Positions 1 to 10,883 of a stretch of DNA of 64,000 bases are shown piece by piece. The position numbers were made by a program, and so were the translations under genes. The stretch is from Candidatus Eiseniibacteriota bacterium (GTDB lineage Bacteria > Eisenbacteria > RBG-16-71-46 > SZUA-252), in contig OY969801.1 of NCBI GenBank assembly GCA_963703225.1, positions 352,001-416,000 on the forward strand, read 5' to 3'. The stretch's first letter is position 1, and every line of letters starts with the position of its first letter. The notes under the pieces were generated by a model that was not told the origin of the DNA, searched no databases, and saw only the letters and a program-made list of their open reading frames with translations.

Positions 1-2461
1 AACGCGCACCCGTTCGCGGGAGCGCCCGAGCTTCCGCCGACCCTCGCGTTCGACGACCAGAACAGCGTCCTCTTCTTCACCGACACGACCGGCGACGTCT
101 TCGCGCCGGGCGTGATCGAATTCGTCCGCACCGTGTTCGACGCGACGACCGGCCAGACGCTGGACGCGGACATGGTCTTCAACGACCGGGACTTCTTCGC
201 GTCGGTCTCGACGCCCGATCTCACGCCGGCCCCTCCCGGATCAGTTCTCGGTCGATATGCAATCGGTGATGACGCATGAGTACGGCCACTATCTGGGCCT
301 CGACCACACGAGCATTACCGGCGCGACGATGGTCCCGTTCGTGACGCAGGACATCAGCATGCGGACGATCGAGCTGGACGATCGCGCCGGCGCATCGACG
401 ATCTATCCGGAGTCCGCGTCGCGCCCGGGCGGCCTTTCTCCCGGCGGCATCGACTTCGCGGCCACCACCGGGACGGTGACCGGCACCGTGCTGAGCGGGT
501 TCAACGGCTCGGCGGTCTTTGGCGCGCATGTCGAGGCGTTCTTGCTCACCGCGCCAACGCCCGAGAATCAGATCAGCGCCATCTCGGGCGAGCTGACCCT
601 GCGAAACGGGCAGGGCGACTTCACGATTCACGGCCTCCCGCCCGGGCCCTACGCCATCGCGATCGTTCCGCTCGACGGGGTTCACACGATCGCTTCGGAC
701 GCGAACATCGGCGGGCCCTATTCGGGCCTGGACACCAACTTCGAGCCCGAATTCTGGAATGGGGCCGGCGAGGGCGGGAACGGCTTCGTCGACCAGGCGA
801 ATGACTTCGCGCCGGTGATCGTCGGCGCCGGGGCGAACTCGGGCGGCGTCAATTTCATCACGAACGCGTTTCCCGGTCGCGTGGTCATCGCCCAGTACGG
901 TGAGTTCGAGAACATCGTGACGTTCGCGAACACCGGGTACATCGCCGTTCGATTCGATCCGCCGTTCGAGGCGCCATTCACGATTACGAACGTCGAATTC
1001 CCTTCGTTCACATTCAACGGCGTGCCCGCCGTATTTCCGAGCGCGCGACTTTGCAAGCTGGACCGCATGACCGGTCTACCGGACATCGCCCATCCGCTGC
1101 TCCTACAGGCGCCGTTCGTGGGGAGCCCACTCGGGGTGAACACGGTCCCGTTGAACCTTCCGGTTCGCAGGGAGGATCGCACTCTCTTCTGGGTGCTCGA
1201 GTTCCCCTCGGCGGCGGCCGATTTCCCGCTCAACTTCCCGTTTCTCTTCATGGACTTTGTCCAGATGGAGCGGGGGCACTTCGGGAATACCTACTCGGTG
1301 CCGCTGGGAGACGTGAACGCGGGGATTCTCATCGACCGGAACGTCATCGTCAGCATGACGTGCCAGATGGCGTCGCCGCGGCTGACGCCGATCGCGGCGC
1401 CGTCCAACCTCGGAGCGAATCGGATCGATCGGGCGGTCGAATTCAGCTACGCCCCGCCGGGCGACGTGCGGGGTGACGGATTCCCGATGCGGGACCATTC
1501 GCTCGATCACGTCGAGCTGATCGTCCGGAAGGTGGGCGCCCCGGGCACCTATTCGACGGTAGCATTCGGTGGATCTCGTGCGGACCGGATCAGGCTCGAC
1601 CGTCCGGTGCCCAAGAACTCGCTCCTCATCTGGTCCACCCAAGCGGTCGACCAGAGCTGCCATACGAGCCTGCAGTCTAACGTCACGGTCACGGGCATTG
1701 TGGAGGACGCGGACGAGCCAAACGGGAGACGGGGCGATGCCACGCTGCTCGCCCCGCCGGTGGTCAACCGCGTGGAGACCTACTCGCCGGCGGGAGACCA
1801 GGACTTTTTTCGAGTGTTTGCGAAGCCGGGCGACGTGATCGACGTCAGCGCGACCCACCTCGGCGCCCTCGACGGAGCCAACGACCCTGACTACGTGATG
1901 TTTCTCTACGACGGCGACGGCAACATCGTCGCGTTCAACGATGATTTCAGCGGACTCGATCCTCACATCGTATACAACGTGCCTCCGGTGACAACCGCGG
2001 CACGCGGGAGGTTCCTAGGTAAGTACTCGGTGCAGGTGACCGACTACTACGGGTCGCTCCTGAACCCAACGGGAGCGCCGAGACTGCCCACCGGGCCGTT
2101 CTACGCTCTGAACGCGACCGTCACGACGCCGCCCGGTGGCGCGGCGCCGGTGACCGCGGGGTTGGATCCCAATCAATACCAGTTCGTGAACAGCGGGCCG
2201 AACCCAGCCAATCCGGTGTCAAAACTTCTATACATCATCCCCTTGAGCCAGGGGCCGCAGAGCGTGCGGCTTCGGATTTACGACGTGGCTGGGCGGTTGG
2301 TTCGGACCCTCGTGGACGGGGTCAAGTCTCCGGGGCCGTACACGGCGATCTGGGACGGGCGGGACGACCACAGCCGATCCGTGGCGTCGGGGAACTACTT
2401 CGCCCGGATGGAGATGGGGAGCTCGTTCACCAAGAATACGCAGATCACGATCTTGAAGTAG
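1..2461 (+). CDS. Secreted metzincin (matrixin-like) metalloprotease with PPC domain and FlgD/T9SS-like C-terminal domain; 5'-truncated by the window; frameshift near 241
   Basis: HEYGHYLGLDH zinc motif plus Met-turn (ATMVP); PPC-like EPN..DQDFF..AFNDD; C-terminal GPNP..LRIYDVAGRLVRTLV..WDGRD..SGNYF. Frame 1 from base 1 aligns with the paralog up to ~240, then shifts to ORF 257..2461. Confidence 0.85.
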
Positions 2462-2528
2462 GTGGAGTGGGCCGAATTCGCGGGGGCGTGCGGGGTAACC
2501 CGCGCCGTCCCCGTCGCGTCCCCGGCCA

Positions 2529-2557
2529 TTGATCTCAGTCGCAAAACGTGATATAAT
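2529..2557 (+). promoter_or_regulatory. sigma70-type promoter
   Basis: TTGATC-N17-TATAAT with extended -10 TG, upstream of the 2810 gene. Confidence 0.65.
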
Positions 2558-2809
2558 CCCGCCCTCGCTGGCAGAAGAGATATTTTTCTCGACGGCGCCC
2601 GCCGTCACTGGATGTTGACGCTCTAGTCGCAATCATCGGTCCACTCAAACACTGGGTTCCGCTTGCGGTGCCTGTGGAGGGGGGTGAGAACCGAAGAGAT
2701 CACGCGACAACGTTTCCCGCGCAACGGCACAAGCCCCAATCTCGCGCGACGGACGGAAGAAGTACAGTCCTCCCCGCCGCCCCACAGGTCCACCGCAGGA
2801 GAAAAGGCG

Positions 2810-3416
2810 ATGAAGCGCGCACGCATGACTGCTATTGCTGCGCTCGCCGGGATCGCGCTGTTCGGCGCGAACCTCGCGAACGCCACCACGGTCCAAAAAT
2901 TCTCCGTCAGGGATCTCGCCAAGAAATCCAACTCCATCGTCATGGCAAAGGTCGAGGACCAATCCAGCCGCCAGGACGGTGTCGAGCAAGGAAATCTACA
3001 CGTACATCACGCTCAGCGTTCTCGAGTCCGTCAAGGGCGCGAAGGGTGAGAAGTTCATCACGATTCGCCAGCTCGGCGGCACGGTCGGGAACCTCATTTC
3101 CGTCGTTCCGGGCATGCCCAGCTTCAAGACCGGCGAAGAGGTCGTCGTCTTCCTGAGCGCCAAGGACCAGGCCGGCTATCCCTGGGTCATGGGGCTCCAG
3201 CAGGGCAAGTATTCGGTCGTCATGGACGATAACGGCCTCAAGCACGTTCGGAACGAGCTGGAGGGGCTCGAGCTGCTATCGCCGAACGGATCGGTCGACG
3301 AGGGCAAGGTGTCGGGCGAGCTTCCGCTGAGCGCCTTCCTGGACGGAATCAAGACCGACCTGAACGTCGATGGCAAGGTTAAGGTCGATTCCAGCACCCC
3401 CACCCCGATCAAGTAG
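2810..3416 (+). CDS. Secreted protein resembling the N-terminal pro-domain of bacterial matrixin-type proteases; frameshift near 2978
   Basis: RBS AGGAGA; signal peptide MKRARMTAIAALAGIALFGANLANA; then TTVQKFSVRDLAKKSNSIV..IYTYITLSVLESVKG..RQLGGTVG..PGMPSFKTGEEVVVFL; joins ORFs 2663..3049 and 2835..3416. Confidence 0.75.
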
Positions 3417-3432
3417 AGGAGGACGATCAGTC

Positions 3433-6175
3433 ATGAATCGCAATCGATTTCGCATGATCGCCGCCGTCCTGCTCTGCGGGGCGGTTGTTCTCTCGCTCGC
3501 TTCACCTGCTTCGGCGTTCATTCGCATCGCGCGCCAGGCGACGCCAACCAGCCCGGTCGTGCAGGCGCACTGGCTCGATACGGATCTTCCGCTCCCGAGC
3601 GTCATTGATCCAACAACACCGGATCAGCCGGCCGCGACTGTTCTCGCCGATCGTCCAGGCATCGGCGATAGCTTGGCAGGACATCAATACGTCCTATTTC
3701 ACGGTGAATCCCGTTCCGTTCACGGGGACGCCACAGCTACAGCCGTCGCTCGCCTTCGACGGGCAGAACAGCATGTTCTTCGACCTGCCGGGCGTGAACT
3801 TTCCCGTGGCCGGCGTCATCGCGTTCGTCCGCTCGGTCGTCGATGGTACGACCGGCCAGACCCTCGATGCGGACCTCGTCTTCAACGACCGCGACTTCTT
3901 CTGCTCCGTGTCGACGCCCAACCTGACCCCGGCACCCGCGGGGCAGATCTCGGTCGATCTCCAGGCCGTGGTCACCCACGAGTACGGGCACTACTTCGGC
4001 CTGGACCACACCAGCATCACCGGCGCGACGATGATCCCGTTCATCTCGAATGACATCAGCCAGCGGTCGCTGGAGCTGGACGATCGCGCCGGAAACTCCA
4101 CGATCTACCCCGAGTCCGCTTCGCGGCCGGGCGGACTCTCGCCGGGCGCCGTCGACTTCGCGGCCACCACGGGCACGGTCTCCGGAACCTGCGTGAGCGG
4201 GTACAACGGGTCGGCCCTCTTCGGGGCGCACGTCGAGGCCTTCCTCCTTTCGGCTCCGACGCCCGCCAACTCGATCAGCGCCATCTCGGGTGAGCTGACG
4301 CTCCGGAACGGCCAAGGCGACTACACGATCCACGGCCTCCCGCCGGGCGACTACGCCATCGCGATCGTTCCCCTCGATGGGATTCATACGACCGCGGCGG
4401 ACGCCAACGTCGGCGGTCCCTATGCCGGACTCGACATCAATTTCGAGCCCGAATTCTGGAACGGCGCCGGCGAGAGCGGAAACGGCTTCAACGATCACGC
4501 CAACGACTTCTCCACGGTCACGGTGGCCGCCGGAGCCAATTCGGGCGGCGTCAATTTCATCTCCAACACGTTCCCGGGACGCGTGACCATCGCGCAGTAC
4601 GGCGCGTTTGAAAACGTCGTGACCTTCCGGAGCACCGGCTACCTGGCGGTGCGCTTCGATCCGCCGTTCGCCGTGCCCTATACCATTGCGAATGTCGAAT
4701 TCCCGTCGTTCACCTTCAACAACGTTCCGGCCCCGTTCCTGAGCGCCAAGCTTTGCGCGCTCAGCCAGGCGACCGGGCTCCCGGACATCGCGAATCCGCT
4801 TGTCAACCTGACTCCGTTCACCGGCAGCCCGAACGGCGTGAACACGGTTCCGATCAACATGGTTGTTACTTCGACCAGATCAGACGTTCTTCTGGGTGCT
4901 CGAATTCCCCTCGCAGTCGACCCCCGGGTTCCCGAACAACTTCCCGTTCCTGCGCATGGACTTCGTGCAGATGGAGCGGGGACATTTCGCGAACTCGTAC
5001 ACGGTTCCTCTCACCGGTCCGGGGGCGGGCATTCTGGTCGATCGCAATATCGCCGTCAGCATGACCTGCCAGATGGGGAACGACGCGAATACGCCGATCG
5101 ATCGCGACGTCGAACCTCGGCGCCAATCGCCAGCTGGAGTTACACGGAGTTCAACTACGTCCGGCCGGGGGACGTGCGGGCCGACGGGTTCGCGATGCCC
5201 ATGGGCTCGCTGAAGCACGCGCACCTGATCGCCCGATCGGTTGGCGCTCCGGGTACCTACACCACGATCGATACCAAGGGGGACAACGGAAATCCGTTCA
5301 AGCTCGACCCGCCGCCGCCCAACAACGTCCTCACGATCTGGTCCTCCCAGGCCGAGGATGCGGGTCATCACAGGAGCATTCAATCCAACGTGACGATCAC
5401 CGGCCTCAGCGAGGACGTGGACGAGCCCAACGGAAAGCCGAAAGGGGACGACGCGACCCCGCTCACGCTGCCGGTCGCCAATCGCCCCGAAACCTACTCG
5501 CCGGCCGGCGATCAGGACTTCTACTCGCTCTCGGCCAAGGACAGGTGACGTGATCGACGCGAGCGCGGTGCACACAGGAGCGCTCGACGGTCGGAACGAT
5601 CCCGACTACGTGATGTTCCTGTTGGACAAGAAGGGGAACATCGTCGCGTTCAACGACGACTTCTCCGGGCTCGATCCCAGAATCGTCTTCACCGTTCCGC
5701 CGGCGGGCGATCACGAGAACGCCGAAGGATCAGAAGTTCGTGATCCAGGTGACCGACTTCTACGGGTCCCTCGTGAACCCGACGGGCGCTCCGAGAATTC
5801 CGAGCCCGTTGACGTACGCGCTGAACACGACGGTCACGCCGCCGGCCGCTCCGGCGGCGGTCCTTTGCCGCCGGGGTCCGTCCGGATGAGTTCCAGTTCG
5901 TGAACAGCGGGCCCAATCCGGCCAATCCGCTCTCGAAGTTCCTCTTCATCATCCCGCAGAATCAGGGGATGCTGGATGTGAAGCTGAGAATCTTCGACGT
6001 GAACGGGCGCATGGTTCGCACGCTTGTGAACGACGCTCGGGGGCCCGGTGCGTACACGGCGATGTGGAACGGACGGGACAACCTGGGCCGCTCGGTCGCG
6101 TCGGGCAACTACTACGCCCGGATCGATATGGGTGGCTTGTTCGCGAAGAACATGCAGGTCACGATTCTGAAATAG
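3433..6175 (+). CDS. Second secreted matrixin-like metalloprotease with PPC and FlgD/T9SS-like CTD; several frameshifts (~3650, 4870, 5100-5130, 5545, 5720, 5870)
   Basis: RBS GAGGAGGA; signal peptide; HEYGHYFGLDH; colinear high similarity to 1..2461 when ORF fragments are stitched. Confidence 0.85.
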
Positions 6176-6179
6176 ACCT

Positions 6180-8630
6180 GTGCCGATCGATGCCATGGGG
6201 GGGCCGGCGGCTGCCGCCGGCCCCCGTTTCATTCGGTTTCTTGGGATCGCCGTATGGCTGACGCTGGCGACGGCGTCGGCCGCGGCCTCCGACTGGATAC
6301 CGCCGCGTCCCATCACGGCGGTCCTGCCCGGGGCCACGCTGGCTCCCAGCTCGACGCACGTTCTCCAGATGGTCGTCCGAGCGAACGGGACGCCGGCGGA
6401 TCTTTCCTGGACCGCGTCGTTCTCAGGGGAATATCCCGCGATCATCTCCCCGACCGCCGGATTGCTTTCCATCGAGGCGGGCAGCGTGGGGACCGTCAAC
6501 TTCACGGTGACCCTCTCGGACACCGCGAACGGGGCCGGGTTCCTATCGGTCGATCTGAGGTACCAAGCCGGCGGGGCGCGCGCGGGCAAGGTGGTGGGCA
6601 CGGTGCTCGCCGCCATACTCGGTCTGCCCGAGGTGAAGCCGGTGCCAGGCTCGTTCCTCGCGGCCGCGGGCAGCTCGGGCTTCATGAGTTATCAGCTCCA
6701 CAGCTTGATTGGTTCGGCGGATCTTCTCGATCTGGCGGTGAGCCGCGTCAACCCCGACCCCAACAATGATGGTGCGCTCTTTGCCGTCAGCCCGTTCGAC
6801 ACGTCGGTGACGTTGGCTGCCGGAGGCACGCTCACCCTATCCGTCCCGACGACCCTCGCCGCGAACGCGTACGCGGGAAACCTCAACGAGATCCGCTTCA
6901 CCGCGAACGGCGCGGCGGGGACCTCGATCGCGGCGGCGCACGCGATCGTGTCGGCCACGCAGGCGGGCTCGCTCCCCACGGCGCTCGTGCCGATCGGCCT
7001 GACGCCGTTGGACGCCGCGGCCGCGGGACGCGACGGTTCGGTGTTCCTCCCCCTGCGTGGCTACCGATTGTTTCCGACAGGAATCAGCGGCGTTCGGGTG
7101 ATGCGGGAGGTTTCCACCGACTCGATCGGGCTGCTTGATTCCGATGGAGACGGCGTCGACGATCGGGTCATCGGCACGATCCGGATCCCCGCTTACGCCG
7201 CGGCGCTCGCCGTGATTCCGGGGTTCGTGACCGCGGCGGGCGAGACCCTCGACGTCGGCCTTATGGCCGCGGGCCGGGGCGGCCTCATGCTGCTCGATCT
7301 TCGAACGATCGAGGATCCGACATTCGGGGCCTGGGAAGATTTCTTCGACGTCGACGCGAACGGAATCGACGATCGCATCCTGCGCACCATCCCGCTCTCG
7401 GGCTTCGCCACCGACGTCGAGTGGTTCCGGACGCCCTCGGGGCGTGCGGTAGCCCTTGTCGCCGACGCCGACAGCGGATCGGTCGCCGTCTCGTCGACCT
7501 ACAACCCCGCTCTCGCCGTCGCTGGAACCGGACAAGGGATCGTGGCGATCGACGTCGGGGCCGCGCTCGACTTCATCGGGAATCCGCCCTTCGCGGCCGG
7601 ATCGATCGCCACGCCGGGGAGCGCGCTCGATCTGGAGTTGCGCGGCGGATCATCGCCCGACCTCGCGGTCGCGGACGGCGCCTCCGGTGTGTCGGTCTAC
7701 GGCCTCAGCGCTTCGAGCGGGATCCCGGCGGTCGTGACGTTCACGCCGCGCGGAACGGTCGCGCTCTCGACCGCGTGGGGGACGCCCTACGCGCGCGACC
7801 TCGCGTGGGTCTCGAACACCAAGGACAGCAGCTACGTCGCCGTGGCCGCGTCGGCCGGCGGAATGCAAATCGTTCGAGCGCCTGCTCCCGGGGGCGGCGC
7901 GCCAAGCCTCGTCCTCACGCAGCAGACGCTGTCCCCCGCGATCGGCATCGCGGGCTCCTGGACCGGCACGATCGCGGTGGCCGCGGGCGCCGGCGGGGTC
8001 GCCCTGATGCGCGCCCCGGGCGCGGGTTTTCTGAACCGGATCGCGCCGGCGGCCGCGGCGCCCTTCACGGCGCCGGTCACCCTGGCGCGGGGCATACCCT
8101 GGGCGGCGACCGGCGCGGCCCTCGAGATCGCAGCACATCAGACACCGTCGGGCGGCGCTTCGGCGCTCTGCTTCGAGGCGACCGCGGGGCCGATTCCGGA
8201 TCTCCTCGTCAGCGACGGCACTCGCCTCCTCGCCCTTCGGCCCGGCTCGGCACCGGTCACCTCGATCGAGGTGGAGCCGACGACACCGGCGGCGCAACGC
8301 GTCCGGCTCGCCGTTGCCCCCAACCCGGTCGAGCGGAACGCGGTCTTCGAGGTTCGCTCGGAGTGGGTTGCCACGGGGGATGGGACCGGTTTTCGGGCCA
8401 TGGGCTCCGGGCCGCCGTTGGGGCCAGTTCGGCTCGACATCTACGACGTGCGGGGGCGCTTGGTGCGCCGGCTGACCTTAGCGCGGGGCAACTCGCTTCC
8501 GGTGGCGCGTCTCGTGTGGGACGGTCAGGATGAGGCGAGGCGACGGGTAGGATCTGGCCGCTACTGGGCTCGGGTCACCCAACTCCACGGAACCCGAACG
8601 GCGGTCGCTCGCTTCTTGGTTCTTCGCTAG
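6180..8630 (+). CDS. Secreted repeat protein with DxDxDG Ca-binding loops and FlgD/T9SS-like CTD
   Basis: Signal peptide; repeats DSDGDGVDDRVIGTIRIP and DVDANGIDDRILRTIPLS; C-terminal APNP..LDIYDVRGRLVRRL..WDGQD..SGRYW. Confidence 0.75.
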   Translation: MPIDAMGGPAAAAGPRFIRFLGIAVWLTLATASAAASDWIPPRPITAVLPGATLAPSSTHVLQMVVRANGTPADLSWTASFSGEYPAIISPTAGLLSIEAGSVGTVNFTVTLSDTANGAGFLSVDLRYQAGGARAGKVVGTVLAAILGLPEVKPVPGSFLAAAGSSGFMSYQLHSLIGSADLLDLAVSRVNPDPNNDGALFAVSPFDTSVTLAAGGTLTLSVPTTLAANAYAGNLNEIRFTANGAAGTSIAAAHAIVSATQAGSLPTALVPIGLTPLDAAAAGRDGSVFLPLRGYRLFPTGISGVRVMREVSTDSIGLLDSDGDGVDDRVIGTIRIPAYAAALAVIPGFVTAAGETLDVGLMAAGRGGLMLLDLRTIEDPTFGAWEDFFDVDANGIDDRILRTIPLSGFATDVEWFRTPSGRAVALVADADSGSVAVSSTYNPALAVAGTGQGIVAIDVGAALDFIGNPPFAAGSIATPGSALDLELRGGSSPDLAVADGASGVSVYGLSASSGIPAVVTFTPRGTVALSTAWGTPYARDLAWVSNTKDSSYVAVAASAGGMQIVRAPAPGGGAPSLVLTQQTLSPAIGIAGSWTGTIAVAAGAGGVALMRAPGAGFLNRIAPAAAAPFTAPVTLARGIPWAATGAALEIAAHQTPSGGASALCFEATAGPIPDLLVSDGTRLLALRPGSAPVTSIEVEPTTPAAQRVRLAVAPNPVERNAVFEVRSEWVATGDGTGFRAMGSGPPLGPVRLDIYDVRGRLVRRLTLARGNSLPVARLVWDGQDEARRRVGSGRYWARVTQLHGTRTAVARFLVLR

Positions 8631-8659
8631 GCGCGTTGGCCGCGCCATCCCAGCGTGGG

Positions 8660-10846
8660 CTACCGCGCCGTGCGATGCGCGTTGGTGATGTGGGTCCAGG
8701 AGCCCCGGTCGCTGTAGGTCACGCCGTAGTGCTCGCCCATGTAGGCTTGGAACTGCGCCGTGGAAACCTTCTTCCAGTCTCCGAACGCCTCGGGATGCTC
8801 CGAGAGGAGCCAGTTGATGTCCTGCGTCATCTCGAGTCCCGCGGCGCCATTCACGATGTAGGTCGGCACCTGCGCGCAATTCTGGCGCCAGAGGTCGAGC
8901 TGGATCTTTAGCTTGTCGTAGATCGCGCGCCCGAGCGTCTTGTCCCCGCGCCCCAGCTTGGTGACGTCGCCCTTTTCGGCGGCGCGGACCGCTTCGACCA
9001 ATTTCTCGCCCACGATCCCGTAGGTCATGAGAAGCCCGCTGAAATCGGGGTACGCGTTGTAGAGCGGCTCGTACTTTCCTCCCGGCGTGCGGCCGATCAA
9101 GAGCCATTGCATCGCCTCGTCGGCGGGGACCCGCTTCACGCAGAAGTCGAGATTGGGATTTCGCTCCAGAAAGACGTTCGCCGCGATCGGCCGGGACGTC
9201 CGGTCGTAGAGCAGATGTCCCCAGGTCGGATCGTAGAAGATCCGCTCCGGGAAGTAGTCGTGCGTGATCCGGCCGAGCTGGTCGATCGAGCGGGCGCCGC
9301 CGAAATCGGCTGTCACGTTCTCCAAGATCGGCGTGTTCTCGGCGAGCACGAACTTGAGTCCGGGGAAGCCGCCGGTGCGGGCATAGAGGCAGCGCTCCGT
9401 CGACCAGAAGACCCAGCCCCTCTTCTCGTCGTGCAAGATTTCGATCCAGTCCTCCTGGCACAGAATTCCGACATTCGGGAAGACGCGGTCCAGCTCGGAC
9501 TCCAGCTCCACACCGTCCTTTCCTTCCCGCTCCAGGTCGAGCCGGTAGCGCCGCTTCAGCTCCTCGCGGCGGTAGCGCTCGTTCTTCTCGGCCCAGAACG
9601 CGCCGGCGGTGGTCTTACCGGTACCGGTCGGACCGGTGAACGTGGTCGCGGTGCCCTTCCGATTCAGGACCGCCGCCCCCGCGTGGGCCGAGATGATGTC
9701 GACCTGCGAGAGGATCGCCATCAACGGCGAGAGCACGCCGCGGCTCTTCACCTCGCCGTGGTAATCGGTGTTGACGGTCATGATGGTGACGATCTCGCCC
9801 AATTCCTTGAGCGGCGCGAAATAGACAAAGTTCGAGGTGACGACCGCGTTCGAATCGGGATCCCAGAGGCGCGAGTCTTTGAGCTTCTTGGGCAATCCCA
9901 GCTTCTCCGCGGAAACGCGCGCGCGCTTCAGCTTGAGCAGGAATCCCCGGTATTCCGCCTCGGTCCGGGGCACCCCCATCAGGGAGAGAATGGTGACGTG
10001 CGGGGCGCGCTTTCCGCCGCGGGCCTTGAAGCGCTCGTCGATCGCCTTGGCGATCACCTTCATCTCCGCGTCGTCGGGCGGGAAGAAATTCACCTGCGAC
10101 GTCCGCTTGAGATAGGGAACGTTTCCCTTCTGCGTGTACTGGACGCCGGCGCAGCTGAAGTGGGAGATCAGCGTCTTCTTCTTCTCCACCGCTTCCAGCG
10201 CGCGCAGCCACCCTTGGGCTTCCTTGACGTCCGCGCGATGCTCGTCGTAGATCGTCCGCGTCACCAGCCGCTTCGCGCGCCCGGTGATCACCGTGTTGAA
10301 CGAGTTGAGGACCGGCCCCACCGTCGGGTCCTTCTGCTTTGGATCGCGCCGCAGCAGGATGTCGCCGCGATCGTTCACGCCCAGCTCGCCGATCCCGGCG
10401 AACAACTTCAGATAGAGACCGTGGTCGTAGACCAGCTCGCCCAAAGGAAGCATGAGGCCGTCAAAATTCTTGGGATTCTCGCGGGAGCGGTGGATCACGT
10501 CGAAGGGCGCGATCCACCGCTCCTGCTCGGTCACTCCGTCGGGTCCCAGCACGCGGAAACGCCGCCCGACGTTGTAGAGCGGGATGCCGGCCGTGCGAAA
10601 CTGCGCTAGGGAAAGCGCGTCCTCGCGCACGAAGACGATCTCGCCGGAGCGGTCCCGGATCACGCGCTTCGAGCCCTTTCGGTCGCGCGCGTTCAGGAAC
10701 GGCTCCAGGTGGACGGTCGGATAGGGATGCTTGGTCACTTCGGCTCCTCGCGGTTCCTTTGTGGAAGGATGAGCTGCGGCGGGAGACATCGACGCGGTGG
10801 GCGCCTCCATCGTCGTGGAGCCCGCCGGGCTGGCCAGCTTCTTCAC
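8660..10846 (-). CDS. Highly divergent PEP carboxykinase (ATP)-like protein
   Basis: PckA-like motifs in order: TGRA, YHGEVK, SAH, FTGPTGTGKTT, ILCQEDW, ERCLYART, ILENV, YIVNG. GTG at 10846 follows RBS GGAGGT (alternative GTG 10882). Confidence 0.65.
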   Translation of the reverse strand: MKKLASPAGSTTMEAPTASMSPAAAHPSTKEPRGAEVTKHPYPTVHLEPFLNARDRKGSKRVIRDRSGEIVFVREDALSLAQFRTAGIPLYNVGRRFRVLGPDGVTEQERWIAPFDVIHRSRENPKNFDGLMLPLGELVYDHGLYLKLFAGIGELGVNDRGDILLRRDPKQKDPTVGPVLNSFNTVITGRAKRLVTRTIYDEHRADVKEAQGWLRALEAVEKKKTLISHFSCAGVQYTQKGNVPYLKRTSQVNFFPPDDAEMKVIAKAIDERFKARGGKRAPHVTILSLMGVPRTEAEYRGFLLKLKRARVSAEKLGLPKKLKDSRLWDPDSNAVVTSNFVYFAPLKELGEIVTIMTVNTDYHGEVKSRGVLSPLMAILSQVDIISAHAGAAVLNRKGTATTFTGPTGTGKTTAGAFWAEKNERYRREELKRRYRLDLEREGKDGVELESELDRVFPNVGILCQEDWIEILHDEKRGWVFWSTERCLYARTGGFPGLKFVLAENTPILENVTADFGGARSIDQLGRITHDYFPERIFYDPTWGHLLYDRTSRPIAANVFLERNPNLDFCVKRVPADEAMQWLLIGRTPGGKYEPLYNAYPDFSGLLMTYGIVGEKLVEAVRAAEKGDVTKLGRGDKTLGRAIYDKLKIQLDLWRQNCAQVPTYIVNGAAGLEMTQDINWLLSEHPEAFGDWKKVSTAQFQAYMGEHYGVTYSDRGSWTHITNAHRTAR

Positions 10847-10883
10847 TTCAACCTCCCTCGGATCTTTGGGATCTTGGGTCACG

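Noticed and set aside
3433..6175. Programmed frameshifting or pseudogene
   Set aside because: No consistent slippery motifs, and similar indels hit unrelated genes.
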